DNA from: Myxococcales bacterium
GTDB taxonomy: Bacteria > Myxococcota_A > Polyangia > Polyangiales > DASUME01
Direction of reading: 5' to 3'
NCBI GenBank assembly: GCA_047601445.1
Contig: JASGJH010000001.1
Span: 8,832,001 to 8,896,000, forward strand
DNA: 64,000 bases
The stretch's first letter is position 1. Each line of letters starts with the position of its first letter. The position numbers were made by a program, and so were the translations under genes. The notes beneath the pieces are model-generated. The model saw nothing but the letters and a program-made list of their open reading frames with translations, did no database searches and was not told the origin of the DNA. This document shows, piece after piece, positions 9,649 to 21,024 of this stretch.

Positions 9649-10698
9649 ATGTTGCCCCGGCGCTGTGTGGTCCTCGTCAACGCTGACTTCGAGTCTCGTC
9701 GCGCCGAACTCGAGGCAGACGGTCCACGTGGCTACGAAGCCGACGCCGCTGTGCTCGACACCGCCCGCGAGGTGCGCGCGGCCATCGCCGGTCTCGGCAT
9801 CGAGGTCGAAGAGCTGCGGGTCACCACCAGCCTGCGCGGGATACCCGGCAAGCTGCGCGCCCTCGGAGCCGAGGTCGTGTTCAACTTGGTCGAGTCCATC
9901 GACAACGATTACGGACGTGAATGGCAGGTCCCCGAGCTGCTCGAACGCCACGGTTTCGCCTACACGGGCAACGGAGTCACGCCGCTCAGGCTGTGTCGCG
10001 CGAAGGACCAGGCACGCAAGGTCTTGTTGGCGGCCGACGTGCGCCTGGCGCGCGGCATCGTGGTGCGCGACGCGCAGTTCAAGACCTCGGCGAAGCTCGG
10101 CTTCCCCGCCTTCGTCAAGCCGGCCCGCGTGGATGGTTCCATCGGCATCGACGCTGAATCGGTGGTCCGCGACGTGGCACAGCTCAAGGCACGCGTGGAG
10201 AAGTTGATGAACGCGCAGCTGCCCGGGCCGTTCCTGGTGGAGGAGTTCTTGCCCGGCAAGGAGATCAACGTCTCGATCTTCCCGAGTCCGGGGCCCACGG
10301 GGCATGTCGTGCCCACCGAGATCGATTTCTCGCCCGTGCCGGCTCACTTGCCGCGCTTCATCACCTACGACAGCAAGTGGAACCCCGAGAGTCCGGAGTA
10401 CGCCTCCAAGTCCGTGCCCGCCCAGCTCTCCCCCGCGCTGCGCACCGAAGTCGAGTCGTTGGCGCGGCGCGCTTTCTCGGCGCTCGGCGGCAGCGCCTAC
10501 GGGCGCGTGGACATGCGACTCGACACGGAGGGCCGGCCCTGCGTGATCGACGTCAATCCCAACAACGACATCCATCCCGACGCAGGCCTCGTGACCGCCG
10601 CCAAGTCGATCGGGCTGAGCTATCCCCAGTTGATTGCCCAGGTGCTCGAACGCGCGCTTGAGGTGAAAGAGGTGAAACATGTTCGTGCGTCCCATTGA
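9649..10698 (+). CDS. D-alanine--D-alanine ligase-like ATP-grasp enzyme
   Basis: VFNLVES, FVKPARVDGSIGI, LVEEFLPGKEINV, YGRVDMR, IDVNPN. Confidence 0.85.
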   Translation: MLPRRCVVLVNADFESRRAELEADGPRGYEADAAVLDTAREVRAAIAGLGIEVEELRVTTSLRGIPGKLRALGAEVVFNLVESIDNDYGREWQVPELLERHGFAYTGNGVTPLRLCRAKDQARKVLLAADVRLARGIVVRDAQFKTSAKLGFPAFVKPARVDGSIGIDAESVVRDVAQLKARVEKLMNAQLPGPFLVEEFLPGKEINVSIFPSPGPTGHVVPTEIDFSPVPAHLPRFITYDSKWNPESPEYASKSVPAQLSPALRTEVESLARRAFSALGGSAYGRVDMRLDTEGRPCVIDVNPNNDIHPDAGLVTAAKSIGLSYPQLIAQVLERALEVKEVKHVRASH

Positions 10699-11161
10699 GA
10701 CGGCGGATGCCCCTGGACTCTCGGCGCTGCTGCGACAGATCGAACAGTTCAAGCCCGACGAGGTCACGGTCGCCGAGGAGCTGATCGAGGCCTCGATCCG
10801 CGATCCCCGAGGGACCGGTTACGAGACTCTGGTGGCTTTGGACGAGCAGGCCGGCCAGGAGCGCGTGGTGGGCTACGTCTGCTTCGGGCCCACGCCGATG
10901 ACCGCGGCCACCTGGGACCTCTACTGGATCGCGGTATCGCCCGCGCTGCAGGGCAAGGGCCTGGGAAAGCGCCTCTATGCGAGCTTCGCCGACGCCATTC
11001 GTGCGCGCGGCGGACGCCAGGTGCGCATCGAGACGTCGTCCCAGGAGATTTACGCGGCGACCGGCGGTTTTTACGAGCGACTGGGCTTCGAGCTGGCCGG
11101 CAAGCTGCGGGATTTTTACGCGGTTGGGGACGACTTGTTGATCTTCTATCGGGTGATCTGA
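10679..11161 (+). CDS. GNAT N-acetyltransferase
   Basis: LYWIAVSPALQGKGLG (motif A) and FYERLGF; overlaps the ligase gene. Confidence 0.9.
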   Translation: MFVRPIETADAPGLSALLRQIEQFKPDEVTVAEELIEASIRDPRGTGYETLVALDEQAGQERVVGYVCFGPTPMTAATWDLYWIAVSPALQGKGLGKRLYASFADAIRARGGRQVRIETSSQEIYAATGGFYERLGFELAGKLRDFYAVGDDLLIFYRVI

Positions 11162-11366
11162 GCGTGCGGCTGTAACGGAAGCGGCCGTGACGGCTACTGG
11201 ATAGGGGGCGTTTTATGCGTGCTTCCTTACAGGAACGGCGCGGATCGACGAAGTTGGAAACACTTGGGCCGCCGGGCGGTGTTCTGGCGAGAGCGTCTTT
11301 GACGGACTAGGTTCTGAACCCGAGCGCGGCGCCACGTCTCCTGGCCGCCCACTAGAGTGAACAATC

Positions 11367-12089
11367 ATGGCAGATGCCGGCGCAAATCGTTCCCTCGGCT
11401 CCGAGAGCAGTCGACCCCCGGCCTCCGAAGGGGCGCGAGCGGCCTCGGAGGGGGGCCCCCGGCCCGCATCAAGGGTCGAGCTGCCCGAGGGCCCTCGACC
11501 ACGTAGAGGAGCACCCGAGCAGACCCGGGCGCGCCTGATTCAAACCGCCGCCCAGACCTTCAACGAAGTGCCCTACTGGGAGACCGACTCGAACCAGATC
11601 GCCAAGGCGGCCGGTTACTCCACGGGCACTTTCTACCGGCACTTCAAGGACAAGCGCGAGATCTTCATCGCCGCCTACCGCGAATGGGTCGCCGAGGAGT
11701 GGGCCAGCATCGAGTCACAGGTCGCTCCGGGCCAGTCGCCTGGCGAAAGCATCGATCGCGCGGCGGATGCACTCATCGAGCACCATCGGCGTTGGCGCGT
11801 GTTCCGAGGCAACTTGCGGGCGCTGGTCACCTACGACGAGGAGCTGCGCGAGCTCACCCACACCCTGCGTCGCGAGACGCTGGAGAAGATGAGCATGTTG
11901 CGCGCCCGTCAGGGACCTCCCGGCGAGCGCAGCCTCGAGAGCGACGCCATCCACGCCATGATGTTCGAACGCGTGTGCGACGGCATCGCGGACGGCGATT
12001 TCAAGTCGCTGGGCTGCTCGGTCGACGTGGCGCAGGCCGAGTTCCGGCGGATGATGCGCCAATATCTGCTCGACGGGTTGTTCGGCTGA
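11367..12089 (+). CDS. TetR/AcrR-family transcriptional regulator
   Basis: HTH IAKAAGYSTGTFYRHFKDKREI. Confidence 0.9.
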   Translation: MADAGANRSLGSESSRPPASEGARAASEGGPRPASRVELPEGPRPRRGAPEQTRARLIQTAAQTFNEVPYWETDSNQIAKAAGYSTGTFYRHFKDKREIFIAAYREWVAEEWASIESQVAPGQSPGESIDRAADALIEHHRRWRVFRGNLRALVTYDEELRELTHTLRRETLEKMSMLRARQGPPGERSLESDAIHAMMFERVCDGIADGDFKSLGCSVDVAQAEFRRMMRQYLLDGLFG

Positions 12090-12147
12090 GCTTCGGCGTT
12101 CATCTTCCGGGCGGCGCACAGCGCCTGGCCCTCGAGAAGGAACGCAC

Positions 12148-14184
<2,037 letters not shown>

Positions 14185-14196
14185 GCGGCGGGGGGG

Positions 14197-15342
14197 TCAC
14201 GCTGTGCCCTCACGCGGCTCGGCCCGGGTGGAGTCGGCGAACGAGCCGTGCGACGTCAGCTCCAGCGAGCCGATGCGTTGGGCGAAGGCTAGGCTGGGCG
14301 CTTCGATGGTCTTGTAGAACACCCAGGCGCCCGCGATGCAGGCGCACGTCACGATGATCAGCCAAAAGGCCTCGAGCCAGGGGGTACCGCGGCCCGTGAA
14401 CATGTAGCCGAGGCGGAAGCCCGCGCCGGACAGCGGGTTGTGCACAAGGTAGAGGCTGTAGGAGATGGCGCCGAGCAACTGGAAGGGGCGTGCGCTCAAC
14501 CAGCTCCGCAACTTGCCCAGCAGTCCGACTGCCAGCACGACCGCACCGGTCAGCGTCCCCACGGCGAGCGGGATGCTTTCGGAGTGAATCGCGGCGCCGC
14601 TGAGCACGGCCAGGTCGAACACGGCCGCGACGGTCGGCACGTAGTCGCCCAGTGTGGCGCGTGTGACCGCGCGCCACACCAACACGCCGGACAAGAACAA
14701 GTGCCAGTGGCCGAAGAAAAGCCCCGGCGTCTGAAAGGGCGCCGCCTCGAGGGCCCACAAGTTGGCCAACAACACGCTGGGCCACAGCACGAAGTCGAGG
14801 GCGCGCTCCTTGTCCATGCGCTCCGCGAGGCGAGTCACCAGCACCATCAGCAGGGCAAAGGCCAGGTAGAACTGAATCTCCACACACAGCGTCCAGTAGG
14901 TGTCGGCGATGAAGTCGGTCTGCATGAGCCCTGGCAAGTAGGCTGCGTGCAACATGAGGTCGCGGGCCGAAGGGGGCGAGAACATGGCTCCACCGACGAA
15001 CTTGGCAGACAGGGCCGCGAACATCACCACGAGCAGGATGGACGCCCAGTAGGGCGGATCGAGGCGGACGGTCCGGCGCAGTAGAAAGAAGCCCGCCGCG
15101 CGTGGGGTCACTTGCTGCGGGATCAGCGCGTTCGCGATGACGAAGCCGCTGATCACGAAGAACACGAACACGCCGCTATTGCCGTGCTCGAACACCCAGC
15201 GGACGCCTGCGGGCAAGAGAGCCGAGAGCGACGTGACGTGATGGCCCGCGCGTGCGTGAAACAGGACCACCATCAGCGCAGCGAGGCCGCGCAGCCCATC
15301 GATGAACCGATAGTGGGTCGTCCCGGGGGATTCGTTCGCCAT
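14197..15342 (-). CDS. Acyltransferase family 3 (OafA-like) membrane protein
   Basis: IDGLRGLAALMVVLFH, FFVISGF, RRTVRLDPPY, WTLCVEIQFY, ISYSLYLVH. Confidence 0.92.
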   Translation of the reverse strand: MANESPGTTHYRFIDGLRGLAALMVVLFHARAGHHVTSLSALLPAGVRWVFEHGNSGVFVFFVISGFVIANALIPQQVTPRAAGFFLLRRTVRLDPPYWASILLVVMFAALSAKFVGGAMFSPPSARDLMLHAAYLPGLMQTDFIADTYWTLCVEIQFYLAFALLMVLVTRLAERMDKERALDFVLWPSVLLANLWALEAAPFQTPGLFFGHWHLFLSGVLVWRAVTRATLGDYVPTVAAVFDLAVLSGAAIHSESIPLAVGTLTGAVVLAVGLLGKLRSWLSARPFQLLGAISYSLYLVHNPLSGAGFRLGYMFTGRGTPWLEAFWLIIVTCACIAGAWVFYKTIEAPSLAFAQRIGSLELTSHGSFADSTRAEPREGTA

Positions 15343-15502
15343 CGTGTCCCCAATCTGGGCGGCGCCGACTAACAAGCCGTCCAGACGACACAACTGCAAG
15401 GTTCAGGCCGCCAAATGTGGCGCGTTGGCGTGCGTGAGGCGCGAAAAGGACCGACGCCCGTCTACTTGCGTTCGCTGCAAATCCAGCCGAGAACGCTCTC
15501 GC

Positions 15503-16906
15503 TCAGCGCCCTTTGGCAACGCCGGGCATGCGATACACGAAGGCCAAGACCGTGCGCAGATAGTGATCGGACCCGTCCTTGGGCAGCACGATACCGCCCG
15601 CGGGATCGGAGCCGAAGTCGAACACGTAGCGTCGGAAGTCGACTCCCAGGCGGATGCCGAAGACCTCCTTGATGTACGTGCCGATGCCGAACGCGAACTC
15701 GAAGGCGTGGCTGGAGAGATTGGGCGCGTAGGCGTTGGAGCCGATCTCGCCGGTGTTGAGCAAGTACAGATAGGCCGCGGCCACGTCGATGCTCAGCCAA
15801 TCGACGAAATCGATGCCGGTGCCCACGCCGAAGCGCAGGGCGCTGTAGGTGACTCCGGGCTGCCTCGCTGCCCGAGGCAAGTCGGCCTGGAACACTTGCC
15901 GCACGTAGCCGACGCGAAAGCGCGGTTCGAAGATCTCGAGCGGCAGGCGATAGAGCGCCCCCGCGGAGAACTCGTAGGCAGTGGTCGAGTACTCTTTGCC
16001 CATCCATCGCGACTTGAGCCCCATGGAGTAGTCGACGTCAGCCTCGAGACCGAAGTCCGACAAATAGTCGCCGCGCTTGTGGGCTCCGGGAAACCAGCGC
16101 ACGCCGGCCGCCAGGTTCACGGCAGGACTGCCGGCCGTGTTCTCGTAGCCACTCAGGTCCGTCGCGGAGTCGTCGTAGCTGAGCTTGCGCCACATCAAGC
16201 GCGGGCCGCCCCAGACGATCAGCGCGGGGTGCTTGGCAGACTTGCCGGACGCGGGGACCTTGGGTTCGTCGGCGTCGACGCGCGCCTCGACGCTGCGCTC
16301 TTCATCTTCTTCTGACTCTTCGTCGTGGCCCACAGGGCTTGCGCCCGCAGCCGGGCTCTTCTTGGGAGTCGTTGCATCGCGCGTCGCCTGTGGCGCACTC
16401 TCGGCCGGCTTGCTCGGCGCTGAGGTGCCTTCGACCGCGCTGCCCAGGGCCGTCCAGAAGTTGTCCCGAATGCTCGAGAGCTGCTTCGGCGATTTGCGGG
16501 TCCAGGTTTCCTCACCTGCCGCGAGGCCCGTGCTCGCGTCGCGCACGCGCACGTTGGCCTTCACCTTGCCCTTCGCCTTCGACACGGTGCCCTCGATGAA
16601 CGCGCTCGCGCCGAGCTCCGCCCCCACGCGCTGGTAGCTCTCCGAGCTACCCCATTCGACGCCGAGCTTTTGGCGCGCCGCTTCGGCCTCCTTGCTCGAG
16701 ACGACCTCCACCTCGCTGCGCTCTTTCAACGCGCTTACCACGTGGCCGCGCACAGCCGAAGCCTGCGGCCCGCGAAACTCCAGGACCACCACGCGCTTGC
16801 TTTGCGCAGCGGCGTCGCTCGCATTCGACAGCATCAAGAAGAGGCTCACGACAGCAAGCAGCCAGGTGCGGCCGGTGTGTACGAATTGGCCACACGGCCA
16901 CGACAT
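15503..16906 (-). CDS. Secreted/outer-membrane protein: N-terminal alpha/beta domain, acidic linker, C-terminal beta-barrel
   Basis: Signal peptide (LLAVVSLFLMLSNASDAAA|Q) after ATG 16906 with GAGGAGG RBS; C-terminal alternating beta strands rich in Y/F/G. Confidence 0.65.
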   Translation of the reverse strand: MSWPCGQFVHTGRTWLLAVVSLFLMLSNASDAAAQSKRVVVLEFRGPQASAVRGHVVSALKERSEVEVVSSKEAEAARQKLGVEWGSSESYQRVGAELGASAFIEGTVSKAKGKVKANVRVRDASTGLAAGEETWTRKSPKQLSSIRDNFWTALGSAVEGTSAPSKPAESAPQATRDATTPKKSPAAGASPVGHDEESEEDEERSVEARVDADEPKVPASGKSAKHPALIVWGGPRLMWRKLSYDDSATDLSGYENTAGSPAVNLAAGVRWFPGAHKRGDYLSDFGLEADVDYSMGLKSRWMGKEYSTTAYEFSAGALYRLPLEIFEPRFRVGYVRQVFQADLPRAARQPGVTYSALRFGVGTGIDFVDWLSIDVAAAYLYLLNTGEIGSNAYAPNLSSHAFEFAFGIGTYIKEVFGIRLGVDFRRYVFDFGSDPAGGIVLPKDGSDHYLRTVLAFVYRMPGVAKGR

Positions 16907-17010
16907 GACTCTCACCCGGTTCCTCCTCGAGCGACACCCGACACGGATGACGTGCCCACTATATCGACGATGGAGCCTGAGCGATCCCCTAAATGTCCGT
17001 TGGAACGAGC

Positions 17011-19512
17011 TTATGGCAAAAGTCCGCGCGGCCCCGACAGGGTCACAACGGCGGCCAGCGCGAAGGAGGCGAGGGCGCATGGGGTGATGATCGGGGCCAC
17101 CGGCTTGTCGCGCAGCACGCGCAAGCTCGGCAGCGTCCACACGACCACGTGGGCCGCGTGGCCGAGCGCTTCCGGCAGCTCCGCGCGTCGCAGCAACAGC
17201 GCGACCAGCCACGTCGTGAGCAGCAGGCCCGCCACCGCCAGCGAGAAGCGGGCCGCTCCGCGATTGACGCGCGCGTAGTGGAGCGGCAGCCGATCGGGCG
17301 CCACCAGCGTGAGTCCGGCGAGGGCGTACACGAAGGGCAGCACCGGAGCCATGTAGAGGGGCTCCTTGGCGATGGGAATCGAGAGCGGGATCAGCGCGAG
17401 TACGGCCGCGAATGTGGCCGCACCGAAGGCCCGTCGCGATACGTTCATGCGCCTGGTCAACGCTGGCATGCCGAGACACAGCGGGATGAGCAGCGCTCCG
17501 TGATCGCGCAGCAGCCACGCGAGGTAGTCCCAGGAGGAGGGCGCGGGGGCGGTCGGCGTTTGGCTGAGCTTGGCAGCGGTGACGCCGCGTCCGCTGAACA
17601 GGCCGAAGTACACGGATTCGATCCACGCGCTCAGATCTTCGCGGGCCACCAGCGACACGTAGATGAGATGGCTCGCACCACCGAGTGCGCAGCCCAAACC
17701 ATACAGCGCCGCCGCGCGCGCCCAACGCGAGCGCTCCACGTGGCCGCCTTCGTAGGCGCGCACCACCAGGTAAGCCAGACCGCCGCCGAGTGCGGGCAGG
17801 ATCAGCCACATCTTCGTGGCGAAGCCGAGGCCGGTGGCGAGTCCCGCCAGCGCGGCCAGCAGCAGACGATGCTTACCCTCCGAGCGTACCAGTAGCGCGA
17901 AGCCCAGGGCCCCCAGGGCCGCCACCAGGGGCTCGAACTCGAGCAGCGCGAACTGGGCGACCAGCCAAGGGGCGCTCGCCGCGATCAGCACGGTGGCGCT
18001 GGCCGCGCCGCGGTCGAGCGGACGCACGCCCATCAAACAGGCCCCCAGGCAGAGCGCGAACACCAGCCCGGGCAAGAAATCCATCCCGTGGCTGCCGAGC
18101 TGCGCGAAGGTCGCGAGCAGCAGCGGAAAGACGGGCGTGTTGCCCACCGCGGGGAGCGCGTCGCGTTGCCAGTCGAGCGGACGTTCGCGGGTCACCGAGG
18201 GATGTACGAAGCCCTCCACGCCCTGCACGATGTGGTCCGCCATGATGCCGTTGACGATCTCGTCCGCCGTGCGCGCGCTGTGAGGCGCCAAATTGACGAT
18301 CCAGACCAGCGCCGCGCCGAGGCCCACCGCCAGCCAGCCCGTCGCGAGCGAAGGACGTATCGTGGTCGTGGTGATCTGCGGTGCCGAGTCGGTGGAACTC
18401 TCGGCTCGCGCTGGCGCCTTGGGCGCGAAGGCCAGGTACTTGGCGCCGAAGAAGTTCACGAAGGTGGCGATCGCGATGCCGATCACGCTGAGCAGCAAGT
18501 AGCCGGGGCCTCGATCGAGCGCGGTCAGCGCCATCAGCACGTGGATCGTCAACATGCGTAGCGTGAGACCGATCAGGTTCGCGCCCAGGTAGTTGACGTA
18601 GCTGGCGACCAGCGGCACGTCGCGACCGTGCTCGAAGCTGTAGCGGCGGTTGATGGCGAAGTTGAAGCTGACTGCGACCGCGAAGCCGAACACCTGACAG
18701 AGCCGCGTATCCATCGCGAAGTGCTGCTTGAGCGTGGCGACCACCGACAGGTCCACGAACACACCGAGCACGCCGACCAGACAGAACTTGATCAGCTCGA
18801 TCAGCGCCGGGAAGCGGAACTTGTAGAGCTTGTAGAGGTGCTCGAGATACTGACCGAGCACGCGCAGGCTCTGCTTGCTCTCACCGGTGCGCCGATCGGT
18901 GAACACGATGGGCACCTCGGCGAGGCGCGCGGGCCGCGCCTTGACCACGGCCTCGAGCACGATCTTCCAGCCCACCGGGTCGAGCTTGAGCCGGCTCACT
19001 AGCTCGCGACGAATCGCCATGAAACCCGTGGTGGGATCGGTCATGGAGGTGAGCCCCACCGCCAGCGACGCTGCCGCACGCGACTTGAACTGCGAGAACA
19101 ACGGCCAGTCTTTGCTGCCGCCGCCCGTGACGTGCCGGCTGCCGACCACGATCTCGGCCTTATCCGCCAGGATCATGCGCACCATCTCCGGCAGCGCCTC
19201 CGGTGGGTGACTGCCATCGGCGTCCATCACCACGCACACGCTGGCCTGGGACGAGGCGAAGCCCGCGATGACCGCCTTGGCGAGGCCCCGGTCCTGGGTG
19301 CGCCGGATGACCCGCACCGGGTACGTTTGTCCCAGCTGTGCCGCGATGTCGGCGGTGCCGTCCGGGGAGGCGTCGTCGACCACCACGACCTCGCCGCGCA
19401 GACCGGCCTCGGCCAGGGCGCGAGCGATTTCGGGGATCAAGGGAGGGAGCGAGGCGGCTTCGTTATACGTGGGTAGGACAACAGATACGTCCAGTGGCTG
19501 CGCTTCGCCCAT
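17011..19512 (-). CDS. Fusion of polyprenol-phosphate glycosyltransferase (GT2, Dpm1/GtrB-like), GtrA flippase-like domain and GT-C/ArnT-like membrane transferase
   Basis: SVVLPTYNE, VVDDASPDGT and MDADGSHPP (GT2); IKFCLVGVLG...NFAINRRYSF (GtrA); DE motif plus multiple TMs with GLGFATK (GT-C-like). Confidence 0.8.
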   Translation of the reverse strand: MGEAQPLDVSVVLPTYNEAASLPPLIPEIARALAEAGLRGEVVVVDDASPDGTADIAAQLGQTYPVRVIRRTQDRGLAKAVIAGFASSQASVCVVMDADGSHPPEALPEMVRMILADKAEIVVGSRHVTGGGSKDWPLFSQFKSRAAASLAVGLTSMTDPTTGFMAIRRELVSRLKLDPVGWKIVLEAVVKARPARLAEVPIVFTDRRTGESKQSLRVLGQYLEHLYKLYKFRFPALIELIKFCLVGVLGVFVDLSVVATLKQHFAMDTRLCQVFGFAVAVSFNFAINRRYSFEHGRDVPLVASYVNYLGANLIGLTLRMLTIHVLMALTALDRGPGYLLLSVIGIAIATFVNFFGAKYLAFAPKAPARAESSTDSAPQITTTTIRPSLATGWLAVGLGAALVWIVNLAPHSARTADEIVNGIMADHIVQGVEGFVHPSVTRERPLDWQRDALPAVGNTPVFPLLLATFAQLGSHGMDFLPGLVFALCLGACLMGVRPLDRGAASATVLIAASAPWLVAQFALLEFEPLVAALGALGFALLVRSEGKHRLLLAALAGLATGLGFATKMWLILPALGGGLAYLVVRAYEGGHVERSRWARAAALYGLGCALGGASHLIYVSLVAREDLSAWIESVYFGLFSGRGVTAAKLSQTPTAPAPSSWDYLAWLLRDHGALLIPLCLGMPALTRRMNVSRRAFGAATFAAVLALIPLSIPIAKEPLYMAPVLPFVYALAGLTLVAPDRLPLHYARVNRGAARFSLAVAGLLLTTWLVALLLRRAELPEALGHAAHVVVWTLPSLRVLRDKPVAPIITPCALASFALAAVVTLSGPRGLLP

Positions 19513-19728
19513 GACGGCCGCTTCCTAGCATGCCCCCACCAGAAGTAGGTCGGCTGGCTCGCCCGTGTGACCTGCTTGCGGCGGCAACCGGGTGCGAGGG
19601 GCCGAAGAGTGGGTGCATGGACCACCCCGCTTTGGGCCGCCCAGGTAGGGTGCTGCCGGCGCAGGCCCACAAAAATCGCGCTTCGGATCGCAACCGCTGG
19701 GGATCGGTGTATTTTTTAAGGCGAGTCG

Positions 19729-20997
19729 ATGAGTTCGGAGTCCCGAAGCAATCGTGATTGGTTGGTGCACGCGGCCGCCCTTGTGGTGGTGCTCGGGGCC
19801 CTCAAGCTGGCCACTCCGCTGGTCGTGCCGATCCTGCTCGCGGCCTTCCTGGCGATCGTCACCGGCCCGCTGATGTTCTGGCTCATCCGCAAGGGCGTTC
19901 AGCGCTACGTGGCCGTCGGCCTCGCGCTCTCGGCGGACATCGCCTTCTTCGGTTTGATGGCGGCCTTCACGGCCCGTGGCCTCAACGCCCTGGTCTCCGC
20001 CATGCCGCGCTATCAGGAGCGCGTCTCGGTGTTGCGTGTGGAGGCTTCCAACTGGCTGACGGTGCAGGGCCTACCCGACCTCGGCCATCTCTTGCCGCGC
20101 GCGATCCGTGAGCAGGATACGGGGCCTCTCTTCGCGTCGGCGCTGACCGAGGTCGCGCACGCGCTGTCGTCGCTGGTGTTGGTGCTGTTCATCGTGGCGT
20201 TCCTGCTGGTCGAGATGCTCGGCATCGAAGACAAGCTGCGCCTGATCTTCAAGCACCCGGAGATCGGCATCGAGCAGTTCCGCCGCGCGGCTGCGCACGT
20301 CCAGCGCTACATCGTCGTGAAGACGGGGGCCAACCTGTTCACCGGCTTGCTGGTGTGGCTGTGGCTGGCGGCTTTCCGCGTGGACTTCGCGCTGCTCTGG
20401 GGCGTCTTCGCGGCCATGCTGGGGTACATCCCGACCGTGGGCAGCGTGATGGTGGGCGTGCCGGTGGTGGCCGTGACGCTGCTCCAGTACGGCTTCGGTA
20501 CGACGCTGGTGGTCGGCACCGGATACATCCTGATCAACGCGGCCATCGCTGCGCTGCTCGAGCCGCGCGTGTTCGGACATGCGCTCGGGCTGTCGCCCCT
20601 CGTGGTCTTCGTGTCCATGGTTTGCTGGGGCTGGTTGTGGGGACCGGTTGGCGCCGTGCTCTCGGTGCCGCTCACGGTGGTGGTCAAGATCGTGCTCGCG
20701 TATGTCGAGGGGTACGAGTGGCTGGCGCGCATGTTGGGGCCTGTCTCTGCGACCTCCGTTGGCGTGGGCACGCCCAGCATTCCGCCAGGCGTGCTTAGCC
20801 TGCCGCCGGGCGTGGTCAGCGCAGCGGCCGGCATCTCGCTCGGCAATCATCCGGAGCGCAGCAGCTCGGCCAGCCTGGCGCCCGTGGTGTTGCCCTCGGC
20901 GCCCGCCATGCCAGCCATCATCTCGGGCGTGGGCCCGATCGTGCCCGGCGCCCCGGCGCTGATCGGCCACGGCAGCCCCGAAGACGAACTCGAGTGA
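19729..20997 (+). CDS. AI-2E family transporter
   Basis: YIVVKT, GYIPTVGS, LEPRVFGHALGLSP, WGWLWGPVGAVLSVPL. Confidence 0.9.
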   Translation: MSSESRSNRDWLVHAAALVVVLGALKLATPLVVPILLAAFLAIVTGPLMFWLIRKGVQRYVAVGLALSADIAFFGLMAAFTARGLNALVSAMPRYQERVSVLRVEASNWLTVQGLPDLGHLLPRAIREQDTGPLFASALTEVAHALSSLVLVLFIVAFLLVEMLGIEDKLRLIFKHPEIGIEQFRRAAAHVQRYIVVKTGANLFTGLLVWLWLAAFRVDFALLWGVFAAMLGYIPTVGSVMVGVPVVAVTLLQYGFGTTLVVGTGYILINAAIAALLEPRVFGHALGLSPLVVFVSMVCWGWLWGPVGAVLSVPLTVVVKIVLAYVEGYEWLARMLGPVSATSVGVGTPSIPPGVLSLPPGVVSAAAGISLGNHPERSSSASLAPVVLPSAPAMPAIISGVGPIVPGAPALIGHGSPEDELE

Positions 20998-21024
20998 TTG
21001 CGGGGAGGGCGCGCGCCCGCCCGC

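Noticed and set aside
9649..10698. Vancomycin-resistance ligase (VanA-like)
   Set aside because: No vanH/vanX/vanRS neighbours, and the sequence departs from canonical Ddl/Van N-terminal motifs.
16907..17809. 300-aa N-terminal extension of ORF 15503-17809
   Set aside because: It overlaps the GT fusion gene in another frame and is Arg-rich junk; the RBS and signal peptide support ATG 16906.
19513..19728. Structured ncRNA in the divergent intergenic region
   Set aside because: Only short GC-rich pairings expected by chance; no recognisable family motif.
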